This document shows, piece after piece, positions 22,385-33,739 of a DNA stretch of 40,387 bases. Made by a program: the position numbers and the translations under genes. The notes under the pieces are model-generated. The model searched no databases, was not told where the DNA came from, and worked only from the letters and a program-made list of their open reading frames with translations. Every line of letters starts with the position of its first letter. The stretch's first letter is position 1. The DNA lies in the NCBI RefSeq assembly GCF_001194135.2, contig NC_069000.1, forward strand, positions 24,926,819-24,967,205. The letters run 5' to 3'. The stretch is from Octopus bimaculoides (lineage: Eukaryota).

Positions 22385-22814
22385 TGTGTGTGTTGGTGTG
22401 TGTGTCTGTGTGCGAGTGATTGTATAAGTTTGAATGTATGTGTGAGTGTATTTGTGAAATAATAAGATTTAGCATGTGCAGCCTAACATGTGAAACAAAG
22501 TAAACAGACGACGTACGCAATGCCACTCATGTAGAGCATGAAGAGGCACGCTCACAGCGAGCGCATTGAAACTGTCAGCGTCTGCTAGATTCAAAGGAGC
22601 CAGTTGGATGTGAAAGCATCGAAATCAAACATTTACTTACGGAGACAGCGATTGTATATTACCTGAGGAGATACAACTAGATCTTATTATACAGGTAAAC
22701 CGTTACTTAATTTAAATTTAAATCCTGTACATATGTGGATCTATTTTGTATCGAAATATGTGTGGCGGTCATTAAACAGCTGTTGAATCGTACTCCTTCG
22801 TCCTTTTGACTCTA

Positions 22815-22820
22815 TTTATT
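22815..22820 (-). promoter_or_regulatory. Candidate AATAAA polyadenylation signal for the GPCR transcript
   Basis: The plus strand reads tttatt about 345 nt past the GPCR stop. The hexamer is common in AT-rich DNA, so support is weak. Confidence 0.2.
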
Positions 22821-22821
22821 C

Positions 22822-23060
22822 TTATATATATATATATATATATATATAAATGTATATATGTATGCATGTATGTATGTATGCGTGCATGTATGTATGTATG
22901 TATGTATGTATGTATGTATACATAAATGTATGTATGCGTGTATGTATGTGTGTATGTATGTACATATGTGTGTGTATTGTATGTATACATATATGAATAT
23001 GTATATATATGCGTGTATATATGTATGTACATGCTTGTGTGTGTGTGTGTATATATATAT
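22822..23060. repeat. (TA)n/(TATG)n/(TG)n compound microsatellite in the presumed GPCR 3' UTR region
   Basis: Directly visible. Confidence 0.9.
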
Positions 23061-23163
23061 ATCATATCTTGGCTATGTGATGGCTTATATACGCATACAG
23101 AAACATGCATACACATGTATCAGAAGAGTTTGAAGAGATTCACGACTAACTGTCTGTCGGGCA

Positions 23164-23553
23164 TTATATTTCTGTGTCGGGACATTGTTGTGAAGTGTTT
23201 ATCTGTGGAGAACAGTTTCTGGAGCAGTATATGTGATGTGTGTGATCTGATAAACCTTTTGTCATGTTGTTTTTATTACAGAACATCCGCACGACTTGTT
23301 GACGAAATTTACGTCCCATTGTGCAATACAATATAAAATTCATGGAATGGTTGAGATACATCATTAATTCAGCTATCGTCTTGGTCAGCTGGTATTTCGC
23401 TGCCCAAGCCAAATCTCGTGACATGCTGAAGTTCCAGAAATGAGCTAGAATTAAGCTTACTGCCAGTGGAAGTGTTGTCAACAGTAACATGAAGGAGAGA
23501 GTTAGCAGCATTAGAGTTAGTTTCCGGTTACTGTCGGTATGACAACGTCGGAC
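23164..23553 (-). CDS. Last coding exon (TM6, TM7, helix 8, C-tail) of a class A peptide-receptor-like GPCR
   Basis: The acceptor is ttctttcttttttag|GTC, with AG at 23555-23554 in phase 0. It encodes VRRCHTDSNRKLTLMLLTLSFMLLLTTLP (TM6), AELMMYLNHSMNFILYCTMGRKFR (TM7 with an NFxxY variant of NPxxY) and FC (possible palmitoylation site), ending in TAA at 23166-23164. Confidence 0.92.
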   Translation of the reverse strand, partial: VRRCHTDSNRKLTLMLLTLSFMLLLTTLPLAVSLILAHFWNFSMSRDLAWAAKYQLTKTIAELMMYLNHSMNFILYCTMGRKFRQQVVRMFCNKNNMTKGLSDHTHHIYCSRNCSPQINTSQQCPDTEI

Positions 23554-23649
23554 CTAAAAAAGAAAGAATTAAATATATTTATAACATGTAAGATTACATG
23601 TAAGGTTTAACGTCCCTCAGGCATTTTCAGCTAATTCTAAAACAAGGAA

Positions 23650-26250
23650 AAAGGTACTTGAATTTTCCGAGTATTGCACCAGATTTAGGATAACACGGAG
23701 GAACCGCAACACCAAAAGTCTATGTTAAAGGTATTCTTATCTGACATAACACTAATACTGAAACGATTTCTTTTCTTCCACTAAGGGGAATCGACGGGTA
23801 TATGAGAAAAAAATTCAATGAATAGGCATCAAAGAATCCGAATTGCTTAGAAAAAGCTTTTATTATCATTTTCATAGTTGACACCAAGTTTTCAACTTGA
23901 CCATTAGCATCTAGATGGTATGGCGGTATATAAAAAGGTTAACACCTGTGAAAATACGTTCTTTGCAAAAATAGCTCTCAATCCATAGATCATTGTTTTA
24001 GCTAATCCGTCATAAATCCTGATAACCTTTGGCCAACAAAAAATTGATAACAAACCAGCATCAGGAATATAACTGTGATCTGTTATGTACGCTTGATCAT
24101 GGGTTTACTTCAGTTGGCCAATCATGCTCAATAATTTTTGGTATGGATTTAACCTGGTAGATTTAGGGAAATTTTCCAACATAATTTTGAATATCATTAC
24201 AATAGCCAGGCCATCAGGCTTCTAGTCGTAGTCTATTTTAATTGCTAGAGCTCCACTATGGACGCCATCATGTACAGCTTGTAGGAAAATTTGTATCATT
24301 GCTGGTAAAACAACGTTTCTAATTCAAACACTCTCATTATCATTAGCGTGTCTAATTGATTTATACGGCCACTCTCTACTGAGCAATTATTCCATCTATC
24401 TTGTTTCGATCAACAATCATACACGAAATTGCAGCATGCTTTGTTTTGGCTCGTAATTCTTGTTTTCACCACAGCTGTCTCTACCTAATAAAGAAATGAT
24501 GTTTCCCTTGCTGTCAGCTAACTTCATGGGTTCAGTGAATTTCTTTCCAGATAGGAAATCCATATGGGGAATTGTATTCCTTTTACATATAAAATCTCAT
24601 TGTCAAATGATATCTGATTGCCCACCGTGATATTCCAGCAGATGTTACTTTAGACAATTACCTCTTGAGATCGAATATGAACTCTTGATACCAACAGTCA
24701 TTCTTCAAAAAACAAAAATGTAGTAATGAAAAGTGACAACCTCCTTACATACCCTGGACAATCGCCAAAGCCTTCTTTCGAGATGGACATAATGTTGAAT
24801 GTAGGACTGAGTACCCCTGCTGAGACAGTGCACCAGGTATTGAATCCCGACTAGCATCAGTCAGTATTCAACATNNNNNNNNNNNNNNNNNNNNNNNNNN
24901 NNNNNNNNNNNNNNNNNNNNNNNNNNNNNNNNNNNNNNNNNNNNNNNNNTATTCGCAGGGTTGGTTTAGTCAAATCTTTCATTAACGTTTCAAACAAGTC
25001 AGTGTGATCCTTCCTTCATGAAAACGTCGGGTGCTTTCTTTCTTGGTTTGAAAATCCATAATTTTCAGGACTATATTGGAATAAACCAATCATTAAAATT
25101 AGTCACTCGAATTCTTTCCTTCGCTCTGGGATCTTCACATCTAATATCTTCTTCACAAGCGTAGTGTCTGGTTGACTGTCATGATTGAAGATCTGTCCTA
25201 TGAAGATAATTTTATTCTGCAAAAATGACGCTCTTCTTTTTATTAATAACCACATCATGGTGAGTGAGTTTCTGTAATACAAATACATGACATACCAATT
25301 GCATCTCAACGCACCCATCCCAACCATGTTTCTTATGATAACCAGCGACAATTATGCTAAATGTATCATGTTTAAGTTATATCTATAAAACAGATTCTAA
25401 AATTTCCTTTAGCTTGATCATTGACCCGTCGAAAATTTTAAAACTAGCATTAGAAGATGCTAATTTATAAGTTCTTTGTCTTATTCAGAAGTTCTTAGAG
25501 ATGATAACATTACCGTCAATATCCATTTACAGCTGTACTTCAGCATTATTTAACTTAATGAAGATTAATGAGTCGGTATTGCTGTTCCCTGCGTTGAAGA
25601 CATTCCTAGATTCTTGATCGCTATCTATATCAGCACCAATTTCGTGCACTTTCTTAAATGTCTTTCTTGAAGGCCAGAAGACAGAATGAAAATAATTACA
25701 AATTATGTATGTTTTCCCCAAACCATCTTTACACATGGTGGGCATAGCCGCTTGAGTATGACCTTCTTTTGACGATTTTGTGGATGTGTGATAATAACAA
25801 TTCTTTTAGTGCACTATTATTTGCATTTGCAGGTAAAATTGATAATCATTTCAAGCTGCTGAATATGGCTAACACAACCTGGCAATACCATTTCCTGAAA
25901 CTATGTGTTCTAATATTTTAGAGGGATGTACATAATTTAATCGGCTACATTTTGAATGAGCTCATCTGCAGCAGATTGTCGTTCTGCACCCAACTTATCA
26001 TATTCACCAAAAACATGCAGTTTCTCTCAATATTTTATCATATTCATGTATTGGTTCTGATGACATCTACTTCAAAGCCAGAAAGCACACCATTTCAACG
26101 ATTAACCAGCTTCTTTGGTCACGAGACTGAAGACATGATAATCTCTTATATCTGCAAAGTTCATCTCCTTCAACACTTTAGGCTACACAACCACAGAGAC
26201 TCTAGGTTATGCAAATGACATACTACTCTTAACTATTAAAACGCAAATGT
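23650..26250 (-). mobile_element. Heavily degenerate Ty3/Gypsy retrotransposon internal region (gag-like, RT, RNase H, integrase) inside the GPCR intron, in the gene's sense orientation; LTRs not identified
   Basis: Manual translation gives FLQNKIIFIG...PDTTLVKKILDVKIP (RT), DHTDLFETLMKDLTKPTL, ILTDASRDSIPGALSQ, KALAIV, ISRWAI, FDNEILYVKG and IPHMDFLS (RNase H). It continues VVLP..AVHDGVHSG and WPGYCNDIQNYV (integrase Zn domain), then PPYHLDANGQVENLVSTMK (core). Confidence 0.8.
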
Positions 26251-26389
26251 TAATATTAGTACATTTGGGTGCATGAAATTGTGGATTAGTATCTATAATA
26301 TGAATATACATGTTCCTTCACACATATGAAGCGCCTTTAAGAAACTTTCCATGAACTGGAGCGTAGTTATACTGATCGAAGTGGCAGGC

Positions 26390-26396
26390 GAGAGAT

Positions 26397-26461
<65 letters not shown>

Positions 26462-26468
26462 AGAGACA
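26390..26468. repeat. (GA)n microsatellite
   Basis: Directly visible. Confidence 0.95.
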
Positions 26469-28002
26469 GTGAGAGATTGGAAAAAGGTGATAACGGTCTG
26501 AGAGAGGAGAAACAAGGAGTGTTCTGTAGATATAATATTACACTCATGAGAATGTAATATATTAAGAACTTTAGTAGTTTGTTGTTAATAAAGTCATACA
26601 AGTTCTTTCAAATCGATTTCCGAGATTTCGGATTTTAGTATGTTTGAATCGTACGAGCAAATAATTTTTTGATATATTTTAATACAAGAAATTTCTTTTA
26701 AATTCTTTTAATCTATATGGAAGTCAATTCTGTACCGGGATGTGACATGAAAGTTTTATTTTAAAATAACTTCATTTCCCCACCCCATACAGGTAATGTA
26801 GATAGTGGAACCGAGGGTACCTTTTCGAAAATATATTAATGAAATGAACAAGGCAAAATTGTCCGTTCCACCACAACAAACTATAATAGATATTATTGAA
26901 CACAGACTTTCCAGTTGCAAAAAAGGCAAACAATGTGATTTCACTAAATTTTGATAGTAGCAGTAGCAGAAGCAGCAATGACAGCAGCATTTACAGAAAT
27001 ACGTATTCCATCTGGTCAAATCGATTGTAAGTATCCTTTCAAACAAGAAAACCTTTGATATAAATCATTTTATGGAAAGAACAATTGTATGGAAACATTA
27101 TGTAATGTAAACGAGTGCTTCTCTGTCATAATTCATTACCCAAGCACAAAAAGCAACAAAAAATAATAACACACCCGTGCTTTGCCAAGGTCGTGGATGT
27201 TTCTTTAAATTCTACAAGAAGCACTTGAAGTCAGCCCTCCAACAAATATGAAGCAAAAATCTCCCATATCGTGAGAGTGAAAGGATATAGCACAATGTGT
27301 GTCATCCGCAAAATTAAGAATAGGACAAAATCACAAACCCAGAGAATATGAGACAAACCTACCCATAGATTGACTCCATAATATTTAGGAAGAAAAAACC
27401 TCAAGATGACCATCCAGGACATTCATGACGGCATCGATCTCTAGCTCGTGGTCACTTTCTGGAGCAATATGGCCACGTTCAAATCATTAGTGCCTTCAAA
27501 ATCAGGTAGGAGTCCCCACAAACATGCAAGCCTGCATAATCACGGGAGAACAGTTTATCATTTGCAGCGTAGCATTTGATATTGTTCATAAACAAAAGAT
27601 AGTTGATGCCTAAACTGTAGCTTTTGTTTCCGAGTCCAGTTTTGTTTAACATATTGATTAAAGATGTAATGAGGGTAAAGAGGAGGAATCCTTCGAATAT
27701 CCCTCTTCTGAGTTCTTACAATTTTCAATGATACATTTAATGCAGCAGCATTAATAGTGGTGTTAGTTTACTCATGGCTAATGTTTCAGAGACCTACGTT
27801 TGGAAGAAAGTTAAAAAATCTTCTGGTAGGAAGTATATTCTATACTTAGATCCTTATTGCTCCTTCTACAGTTTCAGTTATGGTTATTGTTGATCTGATC
27901 AGTTTTTGTTGTTTACTTTCCCGGAGATAGCTTATTTAATGCGAGATATGTATCTCCTATGCGACATCGCAGATAAAACCTTGTAAACTGTAGAAAGACA
28001 GG

Positions 28003-28710
28003 TTATTATTATTTCTCTTTATCATAGGTTTTGTAGGAGTTCCTGGAGTCTTGCGTGCGTAGCGGGCTTGCTACCTGCAGCCTACGGTACCATGCTATCC
28101 GTTCTTTTCAACTATCTAATACTTTCCTGATTATTCTGGCTGTGCCAAGGAGGCAAACCTTTTGTAACAGTCCTGCAGGGCACTCTATTCCAATTTCCTT
28201 TATATTCCCCTTGATGCCTTTTGATACTGTTCCCAAAGACCCAACAATAATTGGCACTATCTTCACCTTCTTTACTTCCCATAGCCACAACTTGTAGTGG
28301 TTTTGGGTAAGTCTAGGGCATTCGTTAGCAGTAAGGGCAATGGTTTCATCCACTCTATTGCAGATGCAGCACAGCGAAGACACCTGCTCATTCTTAAGGT
28401 TGACCCTCCAGTTCGTGGTCAAAGCTTGGTCCTGCGCTGCCAGTACAGTGTTCTCGGTCTCTCTTTTTAAGGTTCCTTTCATCAGCCAATCCCATCTATT
28501 TTTTCCAGCAAATTCTCTTGTCGCTACATGGAATTGATTGTGTAGTCCCTTCTTGCGCAATTCTTCTTCATGTCCTTTTTGTACTTCTTTCTTTGTTTTC
28601 CTTTTTTTTCTCTGCTCTCAATACTCCCTCGTTACTGACTGTCACTAGCAAGATTTCCTTACTTTGGGCTAGATATCTCATTAAACTTCCGAGTTCGATA
28701 CGCACGTAGT
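28003..28710 (-). mobile_element. 3' end of an R4/Dong-like (restriction-like endonuclease) non-LTR retrotransposon, internally deleted, ending in a short (TAA)n
   Basis: ORF 28108..28560 has LHNQF...WDWLMKGTLKRETE..VLAAQDQAL, CCICNRVDETI and IVPIIVGSLG...LQKVCLLGTARIIRKVL. Minus-strand AATAATAATAA lies at 28013-28003. Confidence 0.85.
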
Positions 28711-29458
28711 CACTGAATACTTATTGTCTTTGCCATAGAGTTTTTAAAGTCATTCATATGACATAGATTACTTATTTTTCTTGTCGCCAATTTTTTATTG
28801 GTATACCTTGTTCTGTTAAGTTCACTTGTAAAAAATNNNNNNNNNNNNNNNNNNNNNNNNNNNNNNNNNNNNNNNNNNNNNNNNNNNNNNNNNNNNNNNN
28901 NNNNNNNNNNNNNNNNNNNNNNNNNNNNNNNNNNNNNNNNNNNNNNNNNNNNNNNNNNNNNNNNNNNNNNNNNNNNNNNNNNNNNNNNNNNNNNNNNNNN
29001 NNNNNNNNNNNNNNNNNNNNNNNNNNNNNNNNNNNNNNNNNNNNNNNNNNNNNNNNNNNNNNNNNNNNNNNNNNNNNNNNNNNNNNNNNNNNNNNNNNNN
29101 NNNNNNNNNNNNNNNNNNNNNNNNNNNNNNNNNNNNNNNNNNNNNNNNNNNNNNNNNNNNNNNNNNNNNNNNNNNNNNNNNNNNNNNNNNNNNNNNNNNN
29201 NNNNNNNNNNNNNNNNNNNNNNNNNNNNNNNNNNNNNNNNNNNNNNNNNNNNNNNNNNNNNNNNNNNNNNNNNNNNNNNNNNNNNNNNNNNNNNNNNNNN
29301 NNNNNNNNNNNNNNNNNNNNNNNNNNNNNNNNNNNNNNNNNNNNNNNNNNNNNNNNNNNNNNNNNNNNNNNNNNNNNNNNNNNNNNNNNNNNNNNNNNNN
29401 NNNNNNNNNNNNNNNNNNNNNNNNNNNNNNNNNNNNNNNNNNNNNNNNNNNNNNNNNN

Positions 29459-30064
29459 TAGATTCCACATTCGAGTTACCTCTATTTCCAGGTCTTTGTA
29501 TTTTGAAAGTTTTTCCATTTTTTTTAGGGAAACGTTGTCATCTGCTGGTATTGATACATCAATTATAAAACATTTTTTTTCTTCATGATCTTTGACAACT
29601 ATATCTGGTCTATTTGCCTTAATTTCTCTATCTGTGTGTATTGGCATATCCCAGAGTATGGTTGCTTTCTCGTTTTCTGTGACCTTTTCTGGCGTGTGCC
29701 TATACCATCTTTTTTCTGTTGTTATTCGATAGTGTTGGCATAGCTTCCAGTGTATGTAGGTCCAAGCTCTGTCGTCTCTGTGAATATATTCCTTCTTATC
29801 GAGGACTGGGCAGCCAGAGATAATATGGTTTATTTTTCTTGTCCATCGCCGCATATTCTGCAGTTATTTGTTATATTTCTTTTCATTATATGGTTTTGGT
29901 AATTTCTGGTGAGGAGGCTTTGGTCTTGTGCAGCAATTAAAAATCCTTCAGTCTTTGCTTTGAGTTCTGAGCTTCTCAACCATTGCCGGGATTTTCCTCT
30001 GTCTATTTTTTTTGCATTTAGTTTAGCCCAGTATTTGCCATGAAGGAGCAAATTGGAGTCAATT
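29459..30064 (-). mobile_element. R4/Dong-like fragment: CCHC zinc knuckle plus PD-(D/E)xK endonuclease; 3' end in a gap
   Basis: It encodes LHGKY...QWLRSSELKAKTEGFLIAAQDQSL...CRICG, then INHIISGCP...ANRPDIVVKD...IIDVSIPADDNV...EKLSKYKDL. Confidence 0.9.
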
Positions 30065-30325
30065 TTTCTATCTGTTTGTACTGGGAAGTTCCAAAAGATG
30101 GTGACACCCTCGCTATTTACTACATCTTCTGGATGGTACCTGTACCACTTATCATAGGATTTTATTTTGTAGTATTTACAAGCATTCCAGTGGATGTACT
30201 GCCCTAGTCTGTCATGTCTTATGAGGACTGGGCAGCCAGAAACAACATGATCATGTCTCTGTGAATTTTCCGCAAATTCTGCACAAGGGGTCAGATCCAT
30301 CTTTAAGGACCTTTGCATGGTTATA
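30065..30325 (-). mobile_element. Second, diverged R4/Dong-like fragment (CCHC to just before the PD motif) directly upstream of the previous fragment
   Basis: It encodes KVLKDGSDPLCRICGKFTET, then after a frameshift DHVVSGCPVL..HDRLGQYIHWNACKYY..WYRYHP..IFWNFPVQTDRKIDSN. Confidence 0.85.
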
Positions 30326-30559
30326 AAAAAAAGATAAGAAGAAACAAAAAAAAAAATCTTTGTTATCAATATACAAAGTAAGAAAAATAGAGGAAAACTA
30401 AAAATGAAATAAAAAAATTAAGAGCAAATAAAACACACGAATAGGGTTTTCTGAAGTCAGTAACTGAACATAATCCGCAGTTCTTGAAACATTTGTCACT
30501 ATTTACGGCAGTGTTTGCTAATGTGTGAAGTTTGATTGTATTTCTTAATCACATTGTCT

Positions 30560-31575
30560 GATAATAGAAAGGAAAAATAGCAGCCGAAAGAGGATGGCCA
30601 AACTGGCCTATAAAAAGGTAGGAAGAAAACTATACAAATTTTGTGATTACATATCCACCTTCCCATATCATGAACTACCACCTCTTAAACCCAAATTTAA
30701 CACCGTTCGAAAGGATTGGGAAACTATTCATGAAATTAAAACAATAATGGCATTATCATTAGAAAAGCAGATTAGCCATTGTAAATATTGACTATTACAA
30801 AGACACCATTTATCCCTACTACAAGAGACTACTTTTCAGAGAAAAGGAAAACAACTACCAACTATCTAAAACTATAAAAATCTGAGCACTGTTATACTTC
30901 TCCATCGAAAAGATTTAACAGAAAAGGAATGCAACTATCTCACGAACTTTAAATGAAATTTCTATGGACTTTACAAAATCTAAAAGAACAAAATATACTT
31001 AAATATGTATAAACATCTCATTAAGAACAATTGTAGTGGGCACAACCTGTGAAACATTCAGACTCAGCAACTTTGTAGACATACTGCTGAAACCCATTCA
31101 GAAACATATATCAAACTAAGCTTTATAAGAGAAGACTATGACCTGTTAAACCACCTTCCAAAAAAGTTAAGAAAACATCATTATTGTATCATTTGAAGCC
31201 GTAAACCTCTACACTATTATCGCCCTTGATTACGAACTCTAAACTATAGAATTCTGGCTTGAAAGTACCCCCTAGAAATCTCAGACCGTGTACCAAAACG
31301 ACTAATTACTGAAGGAATAACATTCATTCTAGAAAATAATCTTTTTGAATCCAATAGCTTGTATTTATAAGTAAACATTTGGGACTGCGATGGGGACGAA
31401 AGTTGTCCCCACTTACATGAATTTGGTCATGGCATAGCTAGAAGTTCAAATATATGAAGAATTTAAGCTAGAATATGGATCAGTATGAAGAATCTAAGCT
31501 AAAGTATGGCATCAAAACGTATTAGAAAATTGGAAAAATTACTTGGATGACAGCCTCATTTTGTGGATCGAAAAT
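30560..31575 (+). mobile_element. Degenerate PLE fragment (N-terminal region to the RT catalytic motif), antisense within the GPCR intron
   Basis: Motifs: TEKECNYLTNF, FYGL.KI, RLSNFVDILLKP, SFEAVNLY, ILENNLF, GTAMGTKVVPTYMNL and WKNYLDDSLILW. It is the same type as 12590-14167. Confidence 0.8.
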
Positions 31576-31864
31576 CAAAATCAAAAAAAAAATTTTATGC
31601 AGAGGGCATTCAGTTTTTGTTTAATTCTAGTTTTAATTTTATAGCTGAAAAATTTATTCCTTGAACCATGCTATCTTTCTATGCTAACTTATGTACATTT
31701 CAATTAGATATTCTTTCATCATTTGTTTGGAAAATATGGTGACCTATATGCTCTTCTAACGAATATGCTCTTCTAACGGATAATACTGAAAACTGTCAAG
31801 AGTTACTGCTCGTACGTTCCTTAAAAATGAATACTATTAGTCCGCAATTAATATTGTTTATTTC

Positions 31865-32085
31865 TAAGGCGGCGAGCTGGCAGAAACGTTAGCACACCAG
31901 GCGAAATGCTTAGAGGTATTTCGTCTGTCTTTACGTTCTGAGTTCAAATTCCACCGAGGTCGCTTTTACATTTCATCTTTTCGGGGTCGATAAATTAAGT
32001 ACCAGTTGCGTACTGGGGTCGATCTAATCGACTGACCTCCTCTTTAAAAATTTCGGGCCTTGTGCCTAGAGTAGAAAAGAATATT
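31865..32085 (+). mobile_element. tRNA-derived SINE (family 2), near full length, antisense in the GPCR intron about 150 nt from the donor site
   Basis: The head is ggcggcgagctggcagaaacgttagc with a B-box GAGTTCAAATTCC. A central aagtaccag...ctggggtcgat..tcgact block is shared with the family-1 tail, and the tail is ccttgtgcctagagtagaaaaga. Confidence 0.85.
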
Positions 32086-32233
32086 GTTTATTCCTTAACC
32101 CATGATTATCTCTAGTAAGTTTTTTAATGTTTCCTACATAATGTACCCTACATTGCGATAACGTAAATATGTTAACTCGAACGTGAACATAAAACAGAAT
32201 GCATAGCGATAAATTTATTTGGATTGTACTTAC

Positions 32234-33070
32234 TTGTAACAAATTACTTTGTGCACTTTGCATCTTTATTGTTCCACGGCTGAGAGCCACAATCCGACGG
32301 ATGATCAATGTGTTAAGCGACAAGATGGTGCCAAACGGGACAAAACAATAAAGGAACGCATCGACCCACGGCCACAACACCGTCACTAAATAATCAAAAT
32401 CTTTTCGACTACTACAGTAATAGCTGATTTTATTGTCGACATTTCTTTCGTTTAGTGAGATAGTCCAAAAGAAGTGAATGTTGATTGCAACGAACAAGAG
32501 CAACAAGCCACAGACAACCCACTTTGCTCTCTGTACAGTGCAAAAGTTGTTTACTTTGCGAGGATGACAGACAACAATATAACGCTCAATGGTTACTGCA
32601 ATAATTAACCAGACGGAGAAATCACTGGAGACGTAACCACAGAAAACAACAAGCTTGCAAAGCCAGGACGTTTGATTTCGTATATCCATTCCAGTTAGTT
32701 CGCTTATCCAAAGTCTAAGCAAGCCAATATAGAGTACAACTGAATCAGCAATAGCTAGGTTGATTAGATACACGTAAGCTGTCATTCTTATTATCGATCT
32801 TTGTCTCATTACAAAGACAGAGAAGATATTACCAAATGTTCCGAGAACGAGTAATAACGGAGATACATAGAGCAATAAAATCTTGTGAAGGCGGTATTCC
32901 GGGAAGAAATATAAAGTCTTTGTATCTTTGAGGAAATCTGATAGGTCTTTGTTTTTACTGAGTCGTCGTAAAAGTTCTCTTTCTTTTGGTTGCAGCTGGT
33001 CAAAGATAGCTATCATATCAGAAATGTTATTAAGTGTGAAACTACGTATCAAAGAATAATTTCCGTCCAT
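32234..33070 (-). CDS. First coding exon (N-terminus, TM1-TM5, start of ICL3) of a class A GPCR of the FMRFamide/sex-peptide/myosuppressin-receptor-like type
   Basis: ATG at 33070 is preceded by the acceptor ttcttttgttttatcag|attctcc (exon starts 33077). Sequons NYS and NIS are present. Motifs: TM1 LGTFGN, TM2 NLAIAD, TM3 C...TIERYIVVCHP, an ECL2 Cys and TM5 FVPF. The donor CAA|GTAAGT at 32233 follows codon 279 in phase 0, giving 408 aa with the last exon. Confidence 0.93.
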
Positions 33071-33394
33071 GGAGAATCTGATAAAACAAAAAGAATAATC
33101 AAAATATAAGTAAGCGAAGAAATTCTAGATATATTGTATTGGGAAGCAAATAATGCCATTCTTAATAAGTTTAACATACATAACAAACAGTAAACATTTT
33201 AATAGCAATCTAAACAGAATAATTGCTCTCGATTTCACATGTTGTGATCTTGTAAAGATTTCCTCGACGTCTTAAGTATCTGTTTCTTTAGGTTTCGAAT
33301 AGGAAACCATCATTACCTTAATCTAGAGGCCTTCAAAAATATTATATAGGTATCAATGCTAGGATCTACAACGAGTAAACATCGTAGTCGCTAC

Positions 33395-33408
33395 CACCTG
33401 CACCACCA

Positions 33409-33440
<32 letters not shown>

Positions 33441-33545
33441 ACCGCCAGCACATCACCGCAACCACAACTAGCAGCACACCACTAACAGCACTATCACTAA
33501 CAATATCACACACCGACCACCTCAATCGCCACCATCATCAGTCCA
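33395..33545. repeat. GC-rich (CCA/CCG)n low-complexity tract
   Basis: Directly visible: caccaccaccaccaccgccgccgccaccgccgccg and degenerate continuation. Confidence 0.85.
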
Positions 33546-33739
33546 GTACTTTTTAATTCTTCAACTTGCGTTCGACCACGGTAACAGACAATAAGTTGAT
33601 ATAACTTTAAAGTTAACACCACCTAGCGTTCCTCTTGCTTTTCACAAGAATACTGTAGCAGTTTCACAGCCGTTAATTAAATCAACTACAATACACTTAT
33701 GGACTTTGAACGAATTAAAAGTAAAGTAAATGAATAGTA

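Noticed and set aside
22538-22582. ATGAAGA...CGCTC/GAGCG hairpin...GAAAC hammerhead-like string downstream of the GPCR
   Set aside because: Stem III cannot place the required U opposite A15.1, C3 is missing, and no PLE ORF is adjacent.
22772-23336. ORFs rich in YI/HT/CV dipeptides (also 8783-9113, 10379-10579, 16176-16588, 17634-17822, 26293-26601)
   Set aside because: These are translations of (TA)n, (CA)n, (TATG)n or (GA)n microsatellites.
26793-27026. Possible plus-strand exon bounded by catacag| and |gtaagt
   Set aside because: All three frames contain stops and there is no recognisable product.
33395-33450. Polyproline or polyhistidine reading of the CCA/CCG tract (ORF 33356..33556)
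   Set aside because: It is a simple repeat with short surrounding frames and no other coding evidence.
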